From positions 1,302,001 through 1,366,000 of the forward strand of contig JAYWIR010000043.1 in the NCBI GenBank assembly GCA_036172245.1: DNA of 64,000 nucleotides, given 5' to 3'. Both the position numbers and the translations under genes were made by a program. The stretch is from Raillietiella orientalis (taxonomy: Eukaryota). Below are positions 30,961 to 42,600 of the stretch, piece by piece. The notes beneath the pieces were generated by a model. That model searched no databases. It was given only the letters and a program-made list of their open reading frames with translations, and had not been told where the DNA came from. Positions within the stretch are counted from its first letter, which is position 1. Every line of letters starts with the position of its first letter.

Positions 30961-33900
30961 CCTAAGGAGACGAACGTTTCCTTCAGCACTCCTTGAGAAC
31001 CAAAAAATGGAAAAGGAAAACGGGAAGGAAAGCAGCGAAGGTTTCCGTTGTGGCAACCCTGCTGGCAGCAAAGTTGCTCTGCCAGCAATGTGGTTGCTTC
31101 CACTTTTCCTTCTGGAAACGGGTGGTGGCTTGTCAAACCGCAGGAGGCGAAGGCTGCGAGATGTAATCACGGTGGCTTCCATATCGAGGAAGGTGTCGGA
31201 GACGAGGCGCTTGGGGGTGCGAAGCCGTGGATCGGGGCTCGCAGGATGTGGCATCTTTTGAATTTGGGGGGCTTTCGAAACCTGAGGGTGGCTGCTGCTG
31301 TGATTTTCGGTTCCCGTGACGGCGACGAGCGCCTGCAGCCGTTTCAGTGCGACGCTTAGTTCCCCGAAGACGGGAAGGTGCGGTGGATGCGAGTGGCAGC
31401 AGCATCTCTGCTCCCAGCTTTCCCGTCTCCTCGTTCGTTCGAGTGTAAGGGAATACAGGGGACTCGTTGTCTCCTTTCGCGCGGCTGCAGAAGAGACACT
31501 CGTTGGCCAGGCATGGTGCCCGCGATCATCGTTGCCGTTCTCCTATCCACGCCAGGACTACCAGGACAGGCGTGCCACGTAAAAATAGATTCTGCCCTTC
31601 TGACCAGAGCGGTGTTCCTGCAGGCAACTGGATCCAGTAGACATTCGTCGGGGCTCATCCCAGAGGTGTCCACGCGTGTTGCTCCCGCGCCTGTATGTGA
31701 TGAGCGAAGGAGTCGCACTCAGTCTTTTCAGCTGCTTCTTCGGATGCAGATGCTGTATATGTACTTTGCTCGAATGTTTTTTGCTTCCTTCTGACTGCCT
31801 CCACATGGCTTTCCTTCTTGAGAAAGGGGAGATTCGAACCCGCAACTCTTTGACTTTTCCGAGCGAGCCGCAGTACTGCTGGTGCATCCTCGAAGCCAGG
31901 ATGGAAGAGAACGTTGCGGAGCGAGGAGGATTCATCGGTCGGTCCCGGGAGAACCGGTTCTAGCTGATGGAAGGGGGCAGTTCGTCTGGGGGCGCTTTCG
32001 GAATCCTTTGGGGCTGCTGATGCGGTTGGATGACGCGTTCGGTTTGGAACGCCGAGTGGCCCGTTTTGTGGTGCGGGACGGCGCGGAATTCGTCTTCGCG
32101 GTTTCGGCCGCCCTGCACACCGCGCTCCGGTTGTTCCCCGCTTTGCACCGCCGGAAGCGCAAGCCGAAGGTCTGGACGTGTGCTGTCGCTCCTGCTCCCG
32201 CTGCTGCTCTTGGAGTGGGTCCGGTACGGGGTGCGCGGCGTGGCGTTAGCTGGTTTCCCTTCCGACCAGTGGGCATCGGGTAGGTGCCGGCGACCAGCGG
32301 GATCTCCTCAGGGCAGGCCATCGTTTCTTCGAATCGCACCCACTGACGCCCGGGTGTGTTAACGAAATCCCGGGCGGGTAGGCGGGTGTTGCTCTAGGTG
32401 AGGGAAGGGGTCGTTCCCTTCGCTTCATCCCTTGAGATTTGAGCTTTTTTGAAGTGGAGAGAAGGTGGTGCCTATCGCGCGAGCAGTGGCGCTGCAGCAG
32501 CGGTGCGCTCGGACGATCGCGTAGTTCACAAAGAGGTCGCGGGGTCCACGCGGTCCCACACCGGGAGCGGCCTGGACGCGAAGCTGCATGGACCTCCAGG
32601 GTCGAGAAGGGGAAGAGGAACCCGGGTACGTCCGGGTCCTCTCTCAGCCGCACGTGAGGCAAAGCATCCGGCCTTCCGAACGTTCCCTTCTTCTCCCGGC
32701 CTCTTCCCCAGGAGAAGGGGCGTGACCTTTCTCCACGCGATCACCTTCGTTCCCACGGCGCTCCTTCTGCTGTCTCGGCCTCCTGGCTGCCTCTCTTCGC
32801 CTTCAGTCCACTCCACCCCGAGTTCTCTTCTCCCGGTTGCTCCGAAGCGGCACCGTCTCCTCCTCCTCGCGCTCTCGCGGACTTCGTCGTTCACGCGTCC
32901 CGGAAAGGCAGCCCGTCCACCGCGTTCTCTTACACCCTCGTTTCCCCGCGGCTGGCTGCTCGCCGACCACCCACTTGGGTCAGGCGTCTTTCCTGCCCGT
33001 CCCGAACGTACGGAGGTCGCTGCAGCGGGAATCTTCACTCCGGAGAAGCGACTCCCCTCCCTATGGGTTTCCTGGCTCCCCTCTCTTCCTCGAAAGAGCG
33101 AACCTGGAGGGGAGGGACCCCCTTCTCCTCACGAGAGCAGCACTGTCCGTCCTCTTGCTCGCGCGCTCCGAGAGTCATCGCCCTTTCCTCCCCCTTTTGG
33201 ACCCTCTGCCTCAAGCGCGGGAAACTCGGGGGAGCTGAGCCTGGCGTGGCGAGAGAGGCCCTCCCGGAGCGTCGCTTCCAGGGACGCGATCCTCGGTTGA
33301 GCACCTCTCTCCGCCCCTGAAGGTTCCTGTGGCGACGTCCTTCGTCCTTCCCAATCCCCGGTGGGAGAGCGGTTAAGGGTGCGCGCGCCATCTCTCCCTC
33401 CCTCCACTCGTGGCGAGAGGGGAGGGGCGAGGGATTCCAGAGCCTCCGCAAGAATCACCCTCGGGTGGCTCGCAGGCGAAAGCTCTCCCTGGGGGTGGCT
33501 TACGCCGCCCCCAGGGAGGGCGGGGTACCTCCGTCCTCTGCCGCCCACGGACCACCGTCTCCGGGAAATTTCTGGGACAGCAGCAGCGGGTGGGAAGGTG
33601 GAGGCTTTTCTGTGTGTTGGGGGAAGGGGAGGGGGAAATGGGAGACACCTGCTTCCCTGCTCCCTCCGGATCTCCCTACATCGCTGATCCCGATGGTGCG
33701 GTTTCCGCAGTCGCACGCGTCATTGTGGGTGCGCGGAGATCTAGAGGATAGCGCGACCCCCTTGTGTGCGCATTGCGGAGGGACGACGGCGGGAGAGTCT
33801 CCTTCGGGTCTCCGCATGAGGGCGTACCTCCTGGAGGGGGATGGGGCTGACGGGAGGAAAAACGGAGGAGGCTCGTTCCCCCCTCCCTGTCTCCTCTCTC

Positions 33901-36686
33901 TCTTTTTTTTTTTCCGTCTCCCTCCCAGATGGCAGGCGGCGGGACGCGGGGAGGCTCTCTCCGTTGCCCAAGGACCTCCGAAGAGAGGGAGCCTATGTGG
34001 GTCGTATCGGCGCGCTGGGATGCCTCCTTTCTCGCACCCTCCGCCGAGAAGCAGAGGGTGGGGAGGGAGGTAAGATGGCGTTTGCTCGGCGAGGGGGTAG
34101 GGAGCGTGAGACTGGGGTGCGCAGGTGTCTGAGCACACACGCCTCTGCTCCCCAGGCTCGACTCACCCACCCAGCCGGTGTCCCGCGACGCCGGGAGGAA
34201 GGGGGAGGGAGGTCTCGTAGGAGTTGGGAAGTCGGATGCGCTCGCCCCATTCCCACGGAAGGGGCCGCAGGGGCAGGGTGAGGGGCGAAGGCAGCGAGGC
34301 TGAGGGTGCACCTGCGGCTCGGCGCTCGCATCCCGCGGCTGCCACGTGACCTTGCGTCGGCCCCCCAGATCCTTCCGTCTATCATTCGCCTCCACCCCGA
34401 CCCTTTTTTCACCCTCATCTCCTACGAGCCGCTCCCGGAGCTGCGTCACGTCACCTTCTGCTCCCGGGGCTGTCACGGAAAGTCCTGGTGGAACGCCCAC
34501 GGGTGAGCGTCTCGACCGCAGCAGGAGTGGCCACGAGATGACGCGGGGAAGGAGGAGGAGGCCTCCGAAAGGGTCGATCTCCCCTCCTCCTTTCCGATTA
34601 AGGAGGGGTAGCTCACCCAGGTCAGGGAATTCCTGGATCAACTCCGGGGACTCTGCAGCCCTGCTTTCAGCAGCCCTGCCCCCGTCCGCGTCCGCTGGGC
34701 CCGGTGAGGATCGGAGGGGAGCCCTTCCAGCCTCCTAATTCTGGGGTGGATCTTCCTTCCTGGGGGCTTCTGAGGGGCTTGGGGAGAACCCCTGGGATGT
34801 CCCTTCCCTCCCTTGCGAAAGGGAGATGAGCCCTTCTGCCCCTTTGGGAGAGCCTCCGGATCCCGCGCTTTAGAAGGGCACGAGGGAAGCGGAGAGGGAG
34901 AAGGACGCTTGTTTCTGTCCCCCGGACTCGGTCCTCTGGACGCCGCGGATCTTCCCAGCGGCTCACTATGGCGGGAGACTGCAGACCAGTGGGGAGAGAG
35001 GGGCAAGCCAACCAATTGATGCCCTCTTTGGCCCTGTGGGCGCCTTCCCTCCCCGGCCCTCCCGCGGGATGCCCTCTTCTCATCCGTCCCCCCTTCCCGT
35101 TTTCTCTTCTCCCTGGAGGAACGTCGGACGTTCCCCCTTGAGACGACCCGTCGAAGCAAACGCGGGCTCCTGCCGGGTCCAGCGGGAGACGAGAGCAGCG
35201 GCTTGCTCCTGCTCTTCCCTGCAGCGTGGGGTGGCGCGCACCCGGCGGGGGGAGTCTGTCGCAGGGCGGGGAAGGATAGGACTGCGGATGCGTCCCCTGG
35301 CCCCTCTTCCAACCCGCTGGGCCGGCGCTTCCTTGCGGGCGAGCTGAGGGGAGGTGGGCCGGAGCGATTCTCCGGAGGGAGAGGGAGACGGGGGGAGGAG
35401 GGAGTCCCTCACAGCGGAAGGAAGGACTCGTCTCAGGGCACGGAAGGGGACCATCATCTCCCTTCCCGCTCTCAAAGAAGGAGGAAGGGAACGAAGGGGG
35501 GAGAGCCGGAGACCCTCCCCCTTTCTCGTCTCGGGGAAGGGGAGGCATCCTTTGCCCTCCTTTCCCCCAAAGAACCCCCGGAGTCTTCTCCTACCTGGCC
35601 GGGGCTGCTTGCTCACGGGGTTGCTCACAGTCCTCCCCTCTCCTGGAGTTGGCGGCGCGCGCGGGCGTTCCTGCGGCCGGGCCAGTCCCGTCCGAGGCGT
35701 CACGGGGTTGCGGACTGCTCCTGCCCCACTGAGGAAGGGAGGCGCGCGGCCTCATCCCTTTATAACGTCTTTTCCGGCGGGAGCTCCTCCGGCGCGGGGA
35801 CGTCCCGCACGCCATTGGAGGGCCCGGTGAGGTTCCTCCTTCGTCCGCCCACGCACCGATCCCGAGTGAGCGGGGAAGGACCGAGAATACCGCCGGGGCG
35901 GGAGAGCGGATCGATCGGGCGCGCGCGGCGGCCGCTGCCGCAAGGCAGCTGCAGCCGCCCGCCCGGGAGTGGGGGAGGAGAGGAGGGACGCTACCGCCTC
36001 GTTGGAAGAGGGGGTCCTCTGGAACGCTCCGAGGGTGGCGGGGAGGAAGTTCAATCTGCACGCGTCCCTCCAGCTCCCTCGGCCCCCTGGCAAGGGGAGA
36101 CAACCGTGCGGGGGGGAGAGGAAGGGAGGGGAGAGATGCTTACGAGATCTTCCCCCCCTCCCTCCCTCTTTCGCTTTATCCTCCATCCGGCTTCCCCGCC
36201 CTGCAAGTTTCCCCGCTGCCACCCGCGATGCGTCCCTTCTGAGTGACGCGTCGAGTCCCTCCCCGGGTCTTCTGCCTTCCGCGCCCCCCGGCGGGCGGGC
36301 GATCCTCCGCACCCACCGCGCGCGGATCGAGGGCGCGTCAGGGCGGCGCGTCCCTTTTCATCGAGAGTCAAGCGCCCTCATCATCCTTTCTCCCCTCCCT
36401 CCAGAGAGCGTCCTTCCCGGGAAAGGAAATGCGGGACGGAGGGAGGGGGGCAGCGGGAACGCTTCGGTTTTTATTGGTGGCACTCCTGGGAGGGAGGGAA
36501 GGAGATAGCCAGGGGAGGTCCAGCCTCCCTGCCTCTTCCAGGACAGGAAGAGTCCGTCCGGCAGCAGCGTGCGGGGACGCCTCCCTCCGCGTGCTGCCGC
36601 AAGGAAGAATCGCCGGGAGGAGCGGTGCAGTTGGCCCCATCTCCGCCGCGGGAGTAAAGGGTGACTCCGAGAAGAGGGAAGGGGTC

Positions 36687-39600
36687 TCATCCCGAGCTGC
36701 AGCACTTCCTGGAGACTGCGGCTTTGTCCTGGCGCCTCACGCGGATGAGGGAGGTCTGGATGTCTATCTCCTCCGTGAGCATCATCTGCCTGAAAGGGGA
36801 GAGGGGCGACGTGCGATCCCGGAGGAGGAAGGGAAGGAAAGACGGTCGCGTGGAACCTGGTGAGCTGGACGACGGCCTCCTGGACGTTCCTGCCGTTCTT
36901 CGCGCTCGTCTCCATGAAGATGACGCCGTTCTCCTCCGCCAGGCTGCGCCCCTGTTCCGTCGTGACGCACTGCTCCCCCTCCTCCTCCTCCCTCTCCTGC
37001 TGCGCACCCCTCAGGTCCGTCTTGTTGGCGCACAGGATTATGGGGACCTGCTTCTCGGTCAGGTCCTGGCAGTGGCACAGAAAAAAAGAAAAAAAAAAAG
37101 AGGAAACATTGAGCGTGAGCGCGTGGGGGTGGGATCGTGCGCCTACGTGCACTTCCAGCATCCACTGACGGACGTTGACGAAGGATGACGGGCAAGTCAC
37201 GTCGTACATCAGGATGACCCCGTCCGCCCTCCGGAAGTAGCTCCTGCTCATCGACTTGAAGCGCTCTTGACCTGGAAAGGGGGGAGGAGGAAGGAAGGGG
37301 ATTCCGGGAGGGAGCGCACCTGCCGTGTCCCACAGCTGCAGGGAGACGTTCTTCCCGTCGATCCTCAGCGTCCTGATCTGGAAGTCCACCCCTGGGGTGC
37401 GAGAAGCAGAATGTCCGGAGAGGGAGCGAGAGGTCAGGGAGCTCGCGACGGGAGGGAGCGCGCATGCGGAGGAAGAGAGGGATAACCGGGGAAAGCCCCC
37501 GACCGGTAGCTCCTCTGGGACAGGGCGCCGCACTCATTCCATCGCAACGGAGGTGCCCCTCCAGCGGTTGGCCCCCTGACTGCCCGAAGCGCCGTCGTGC
37601 CAAGTTGTTTGGAGGGCGAGAAGGCGCGCCCCCTGCTTCCGTGCGCCCTTTCGCTCCACGCTGGAGGACGGCTGCACCTGGTCGTGCCTTTGAGGACAGA
37701 TTGAGAGAGGGAGGGCAGCCGAGGCGACGCCCACAGGTGTACAGGGCAAAAAAAGGGATCCTCCATCCCGTTTTCCTGCACATGCACGAGAGACTCGGGG
37801 GAGAACCCCTGGTTTCAGCCTTCCCCTTCCTCATCCGTCGGCATCACCTTCTTGTTCCTTCCGAGGTTTCCGCTTCTCCGCGAGGCGGGGTCAGCGGTCA
37901 GGCCGAAATTCTCGAAGGTCACACGTCAACCTCCGCCCGCTATGGACCGGACCAGACCAGGGATACGATCGACCCGGAGGAGGCAGAGCACGCAACGGGA
38001 CCTCCCTTCGTCGCCTGCTGCTCCCCTGGCGCTGCGGATGTGAGCACTGTAGGCCAGCTGTGCGGGGCCGGGACGGACTCCTCCTTCCGGCTTCCCCAGG
38101 GGGTCGAAATGCAGGGATGCGAGCGTGGCATCTCTGGCGATGCACGCTTCCTCCCCCCCCTAAACGACGCGCTCCTCCATCCCCCCATTCGGGAATCCTG
38201 GGAGGGACAGCGCGTTTCCTCCTCCGTTTACCTAAAGTGGCCCTTAGGTTGCTGTCGAATCCTCGTCCGCAGGCGTTGACGATGAAGCTGGTCTTTCCCA
38301 CGGAAGCGTCGCCTCCGAAGACGATCCTGTACGTGCATTCGGGATCTCCCGTCGCGGTCAGGTTGTCCGGGGGGCAGGTGGAGGAGGCATGCCCTTCGCT
38401 GTGCTGGGGTCGTATCCTCTTGGAGGAATTGGGGAACTCCCTGATGCTGAAGATCACACTTCCGTCCTCGTGAGTAGGGATGGGTTCCTCCAGCTTGGCG
38501 AGAAGAGACAAGGAATCAGCTTGGAGGGGTTTCCGCATCCTCCCGAGTCGCCAGCGGCAAGCGCACGCGCGCGCAGGGGCGAGGCGGAAGGTGACCGGAG
38601 GTTTCGAAGGTGCGTTCGGGAAGCCTATTCCCCCCCCCCCCCCCCACACACACACACACACGCGCGCATGGAAAACGGCGTCTCCTGCTCGTCTCCCTTG
38701 GCAATCTCTCCGACTGGCTGCTGGGAGCACTTCAACAGTTCCACGTGCCCTGGGGAACTGCTGAGGCGGGCGGAAGCTGTTCGGCTTCTCTCTTGCGTTT
38801 CTTCTGCCCCCCCGGTGGGATTCTCCGGCTGCGCATCGAGGGATCGGGTGGAGCGCGAACACGCCGCCCTCGCTTAGCACGAGTGGACAACGGACCTCAC
38901 CACAAACGCGAGGTTCGAAGGGAGGAAATCCCTTCCCGTGACATCCTAAATCCAGAAATCGTCGCCTGAAAAACTCTCTAAGGGCTTCTCTTTCGCTCCT
39001 TCAAAAGTGAGAGGTTTCGTGTTTCCTCAGCACGATACTTCGAACGAGCAAAAGCTGCTTCACCTCGTGCACAAGTTGTTCGAGCAGTTATCGGTACCCA
39101 CACTAAGATTCTCGAGTGCTCTAATGATGGGAAGTAGCAAAAAGCATCGAAAACATCCCGGAAAGACGTCAAGAACCTTTCATAAAGTCGTTTTTTTCTT
39201 TCTCTCCCCCCCCCCCTTTCCTTCCCTCTTGAAGAACGCGGTTTCCTTCCCACGATGCATAGGAACAAAACAAAGGGGGAGAAGGGGGAAGGGGAAAAAA
39301 GAGGCCTACATCGTTCTAAAAGTAGCGTCACCCAACAGCCGCGCCATTTGGTACCCCTTGCTCCAACAATGAACTGCACGCGCCAAATTATCGCTTCCGT
39401 CACACGTGGGGGAAACTTTTTTCTTTCCCTCCCTCCCCCCCCCATTTTTACGTGCAGCGCGCTGGAATCGAATGTGTGGCAAGTGTTTCGGATTGTGCCC
39501 ATCTGGTTTTCCATCCGCATCAGACCTTCCTTTCCACGGGTAAGCGCCTGGATCTGAATCCTTCAATGCCCCCGATCCCGACGGCGTGTTGCCACAGCAG

Positions 39601-42600
39601 CCTTGACAGGAATGGGATCAATGGTAAGCTGAAGCAGCGTTCGTTTTCTCTTCCAGTGGAGGTTAAGTTGTTTTGAAAGCGAATCGTGTGGAAAACAAGG
39701 ATGTTGCCCGGCATTTTTTTCATCTTTTGCACATAGAGAAAACGAACTGGACTTGAGCGAGCAAATACTATTGCAGAGAAGACGCGGCAACTGAAGCAAT
39801 CTTTTTGACTGTTTGACGTCAAAGAATTGATAAGTTGAAATGCTCCGCGCTCCTTCCTTTTTGTCTTTCTTTCCTCTTTTCTTTCTTTCCTTCTTGTCTA
39901 TTTCGAGTGCCCAATTTATTTGTGAAGTGGATGGAGAAGTTGAAGGGATTCCCACTCAACCTGACAGACGTTTTGCAGCTCTGGTGGGCGATACTGTTTG
40001 CAGTTGTTTTTGCTTTGCAGACTCCGGCCTGGTCCGGGAACACGGCACAGAAACGAATCTGAACGAAGGGAAAAAAACTACTTTATCCGACCAAACCTCC
40101 GGGCAAAACACGAATGCATCCGAAATCTGATCATCGCGGATGTGAGAGGGAGTTGCAGCTGATGGTTTGATGTCCGAGAGAAGTGCGCTGCATCGCTTCG
40201 GTACGAGTGGGAACACTGTTTCGTCGGAAGGCCGTCTGGAGAAAACAAGGGCGCGAGAGAGGCACGAGGTCGTTCGAGCCGGCCCTGGTCGTTGCGCATT
40301 CGAGCGGACGTATCCCAGGATCGCTTCGGGGAGCGGGATGTTCCTGGGGGCGTGCTCTGGAATCCCACCACGCGCTTGTACGTGCGTTCCCCTTCCTGTC
40401 TTCCGGCAGGCTCCAAGCGTGGGTGCGAGGGAGCCGCTCTTTTGTTCTCCCCGTAAATGAGACCGATCGCGGTTCTCTTTCTCCCTCCTCATTTCCTCTT
40501 TTAACACTGTCGATTTATCGGGTTTTCCTCTCCTTCGGCATGGCAAGCACTCGAGGAGGATCGCGCGCATTCCCTTCAGTGGAGATGCTCGATATCTGCC
40601 ATTCCAGGGGCGTGTTGCAGGCGTCACGGAGGAAGGGAGAGGAAGATGTCCTGCCAGGTGCTGCGAACAGTGCACTGCAGACGTCACGCGCACAGTCGTT
40701 TCGTTGCAATAAGAGCGAAGCAGGGGGAACCCCCATATGTCAAACTCGTAAAACAATCCCAAATACGAGGACTCCTTGCGAACGCTCATTTCGTCGCGAG
40801 GAGTGCGGTTCCGGATGCCTGGAGTAATATCCCATAATCCAGAGAGACTTTTCGTCCTCCTCCGTCCTTCCCTCCCATCTGCAGCTCATCCGAATGGAGG
40901 CAGCCGTGCCCTGCCGAAGCGCGTCGGAGAGGCTACTGATTGATGGTCTCTGGTCCGACGACCTCGCCTCCGTAAATCTCCTTCGACTCTTACTCGATCG
41001 CAGGGACTTTTTCGGGAAAGCGCGGTTGCTCTGGCGGGAGTAATAAATCTCCATCCAGCCCTACGTTCCCTCTTGAAGCGTTGCTTCTCCTTCGCGGAAG
41101 AGGCCTGTCGAGAGGGAAGCAGGCGGTGGAGGCGGCGACGACGGCGGCCGCTAGGACGCTCCAGCGTGGAGGCGGGAAGATGACTCTGGCACCCCGTCGG
41201 CCATGCGACCAAGTCCTCTTCGCCACAGTCTCCCACGTTTCCCGCCGGGACGATCTCAGGTGACGCTCCGGGACCCCTAAGAGCGGACGGAGCGCGCGCG
41301 CAGGCAGGAAGATGGCGAGCGTCCCGTCTTCCTGCCTGCAGGCCGGTTCGCCGTCCCTGGGTATCTGCGGCACCACAACCATCTGATCCTTCGCGCGTTC
41401 ATCTCCCGGCACGCGCGCGTGGACCCCTCGCAAGAGGAAGGAAAGGGCATGCCTGTGTGCGTTTTTTTTTTTGCGGAATCCCTCCTGCGCTGACGTCTTC
41501 CTCCGACGTCTGCGGAGTCGTTTCCTCGGGAATCGTCCCGCGAGAAGGGTCGTTCCACCCGCCCATCCCGTACCGATCCTCTCCTACATCAGCGCTGGCG
41601 GTTGCTGGGACCGCGTGACAAGCGAACCTCGTCGCGGTGCCGGCAGCGTGAGAGCCGAGTGGGCGATGCACGCGCGGAATTCCTCAACGCCCGCTTGCGA
41701 AACTCCGGGGAGGAGGAGCGGCCTTTTCGTGGGACCCGCGAGGTCTTCTGAGAGGGCGGGGAGCAAGGAGAGGCTCTCCACGTGGGGGTGTTATGCAGAA
41801 AGGTAAACAAAAATCGGCAAGGTTGCCGAGGAACAGGCGACCCGAGGACGACTCTCCTGCAGCCGAGCGATGACGTCACCCCGGACTCGACAGCAGTGAC
41901 GGGGTTGCCACCCTTTCCCTACGAGAGGAGTGGTCCAGGAGATGGCGCCGACCGGTCAGGTGCTACGAATGAGGCATTCCGGAAGAAGGGAGCTGGATGG
42001 AGGAGGAAGGACCAAGACCTCCCTCCCTTCGGCTGCAAGAGGAGGAGAAAAGGAGAGTCACAAGTCCCGCGAGAGCGTCCAGCCGCAGGGATTCCGGAGC
42101 GGGAAGCCATGGGAGTTTCCGGCCCTGCTTCCCGTTCCCTCGTGGTGAGCTCGGAGTTAGGGGAGGCAAATGGGCAGCGGAAGATCCACAGTGCCGCGCG
42201 AGGTGGCAGCACCCATGCGCACTGCGCCGACCCGCGCGCTCCCTCCGAGCCAGGATTGCGGACTTGCATCGCCCTGCGCGCGGCACGCACCTTCCCACTC
42301 CTCCGGAAATTCCCTAACCAGTTGGTCCTCGGGGCAAACATCTTGCCCAGAGTCCTTGAGGCAATGCAAGTCCCAAGGACGGCGAGGAGACTCGTCTTTC
42401 TTGACGCACTTCGAGTCCATCCCGCAGGTGGGGCGGAGCCAGTCCAGTCCCGGAAAGCCACCGCGCGCAGAGTCCGAAGGTCGGACGTGGCAAGGAGGGC
42501 TCGCGAGTATGTGCAAAGGGCCTTCCCGGAGGAGGGGGAGGAAGAGGAGAGCAGTCTCGAGTCCCTGTAGGCTCGATGGCCTGCGGGAAAGAACCCAATT

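Noticed and set aside
32246..36640. Many long overlapping ORFs (200-350 aa) in all six frames
   Set aside because: Pro/Arg/Gly/Ser-rich low-complexity translations expected from very high GC; no domain motifs.
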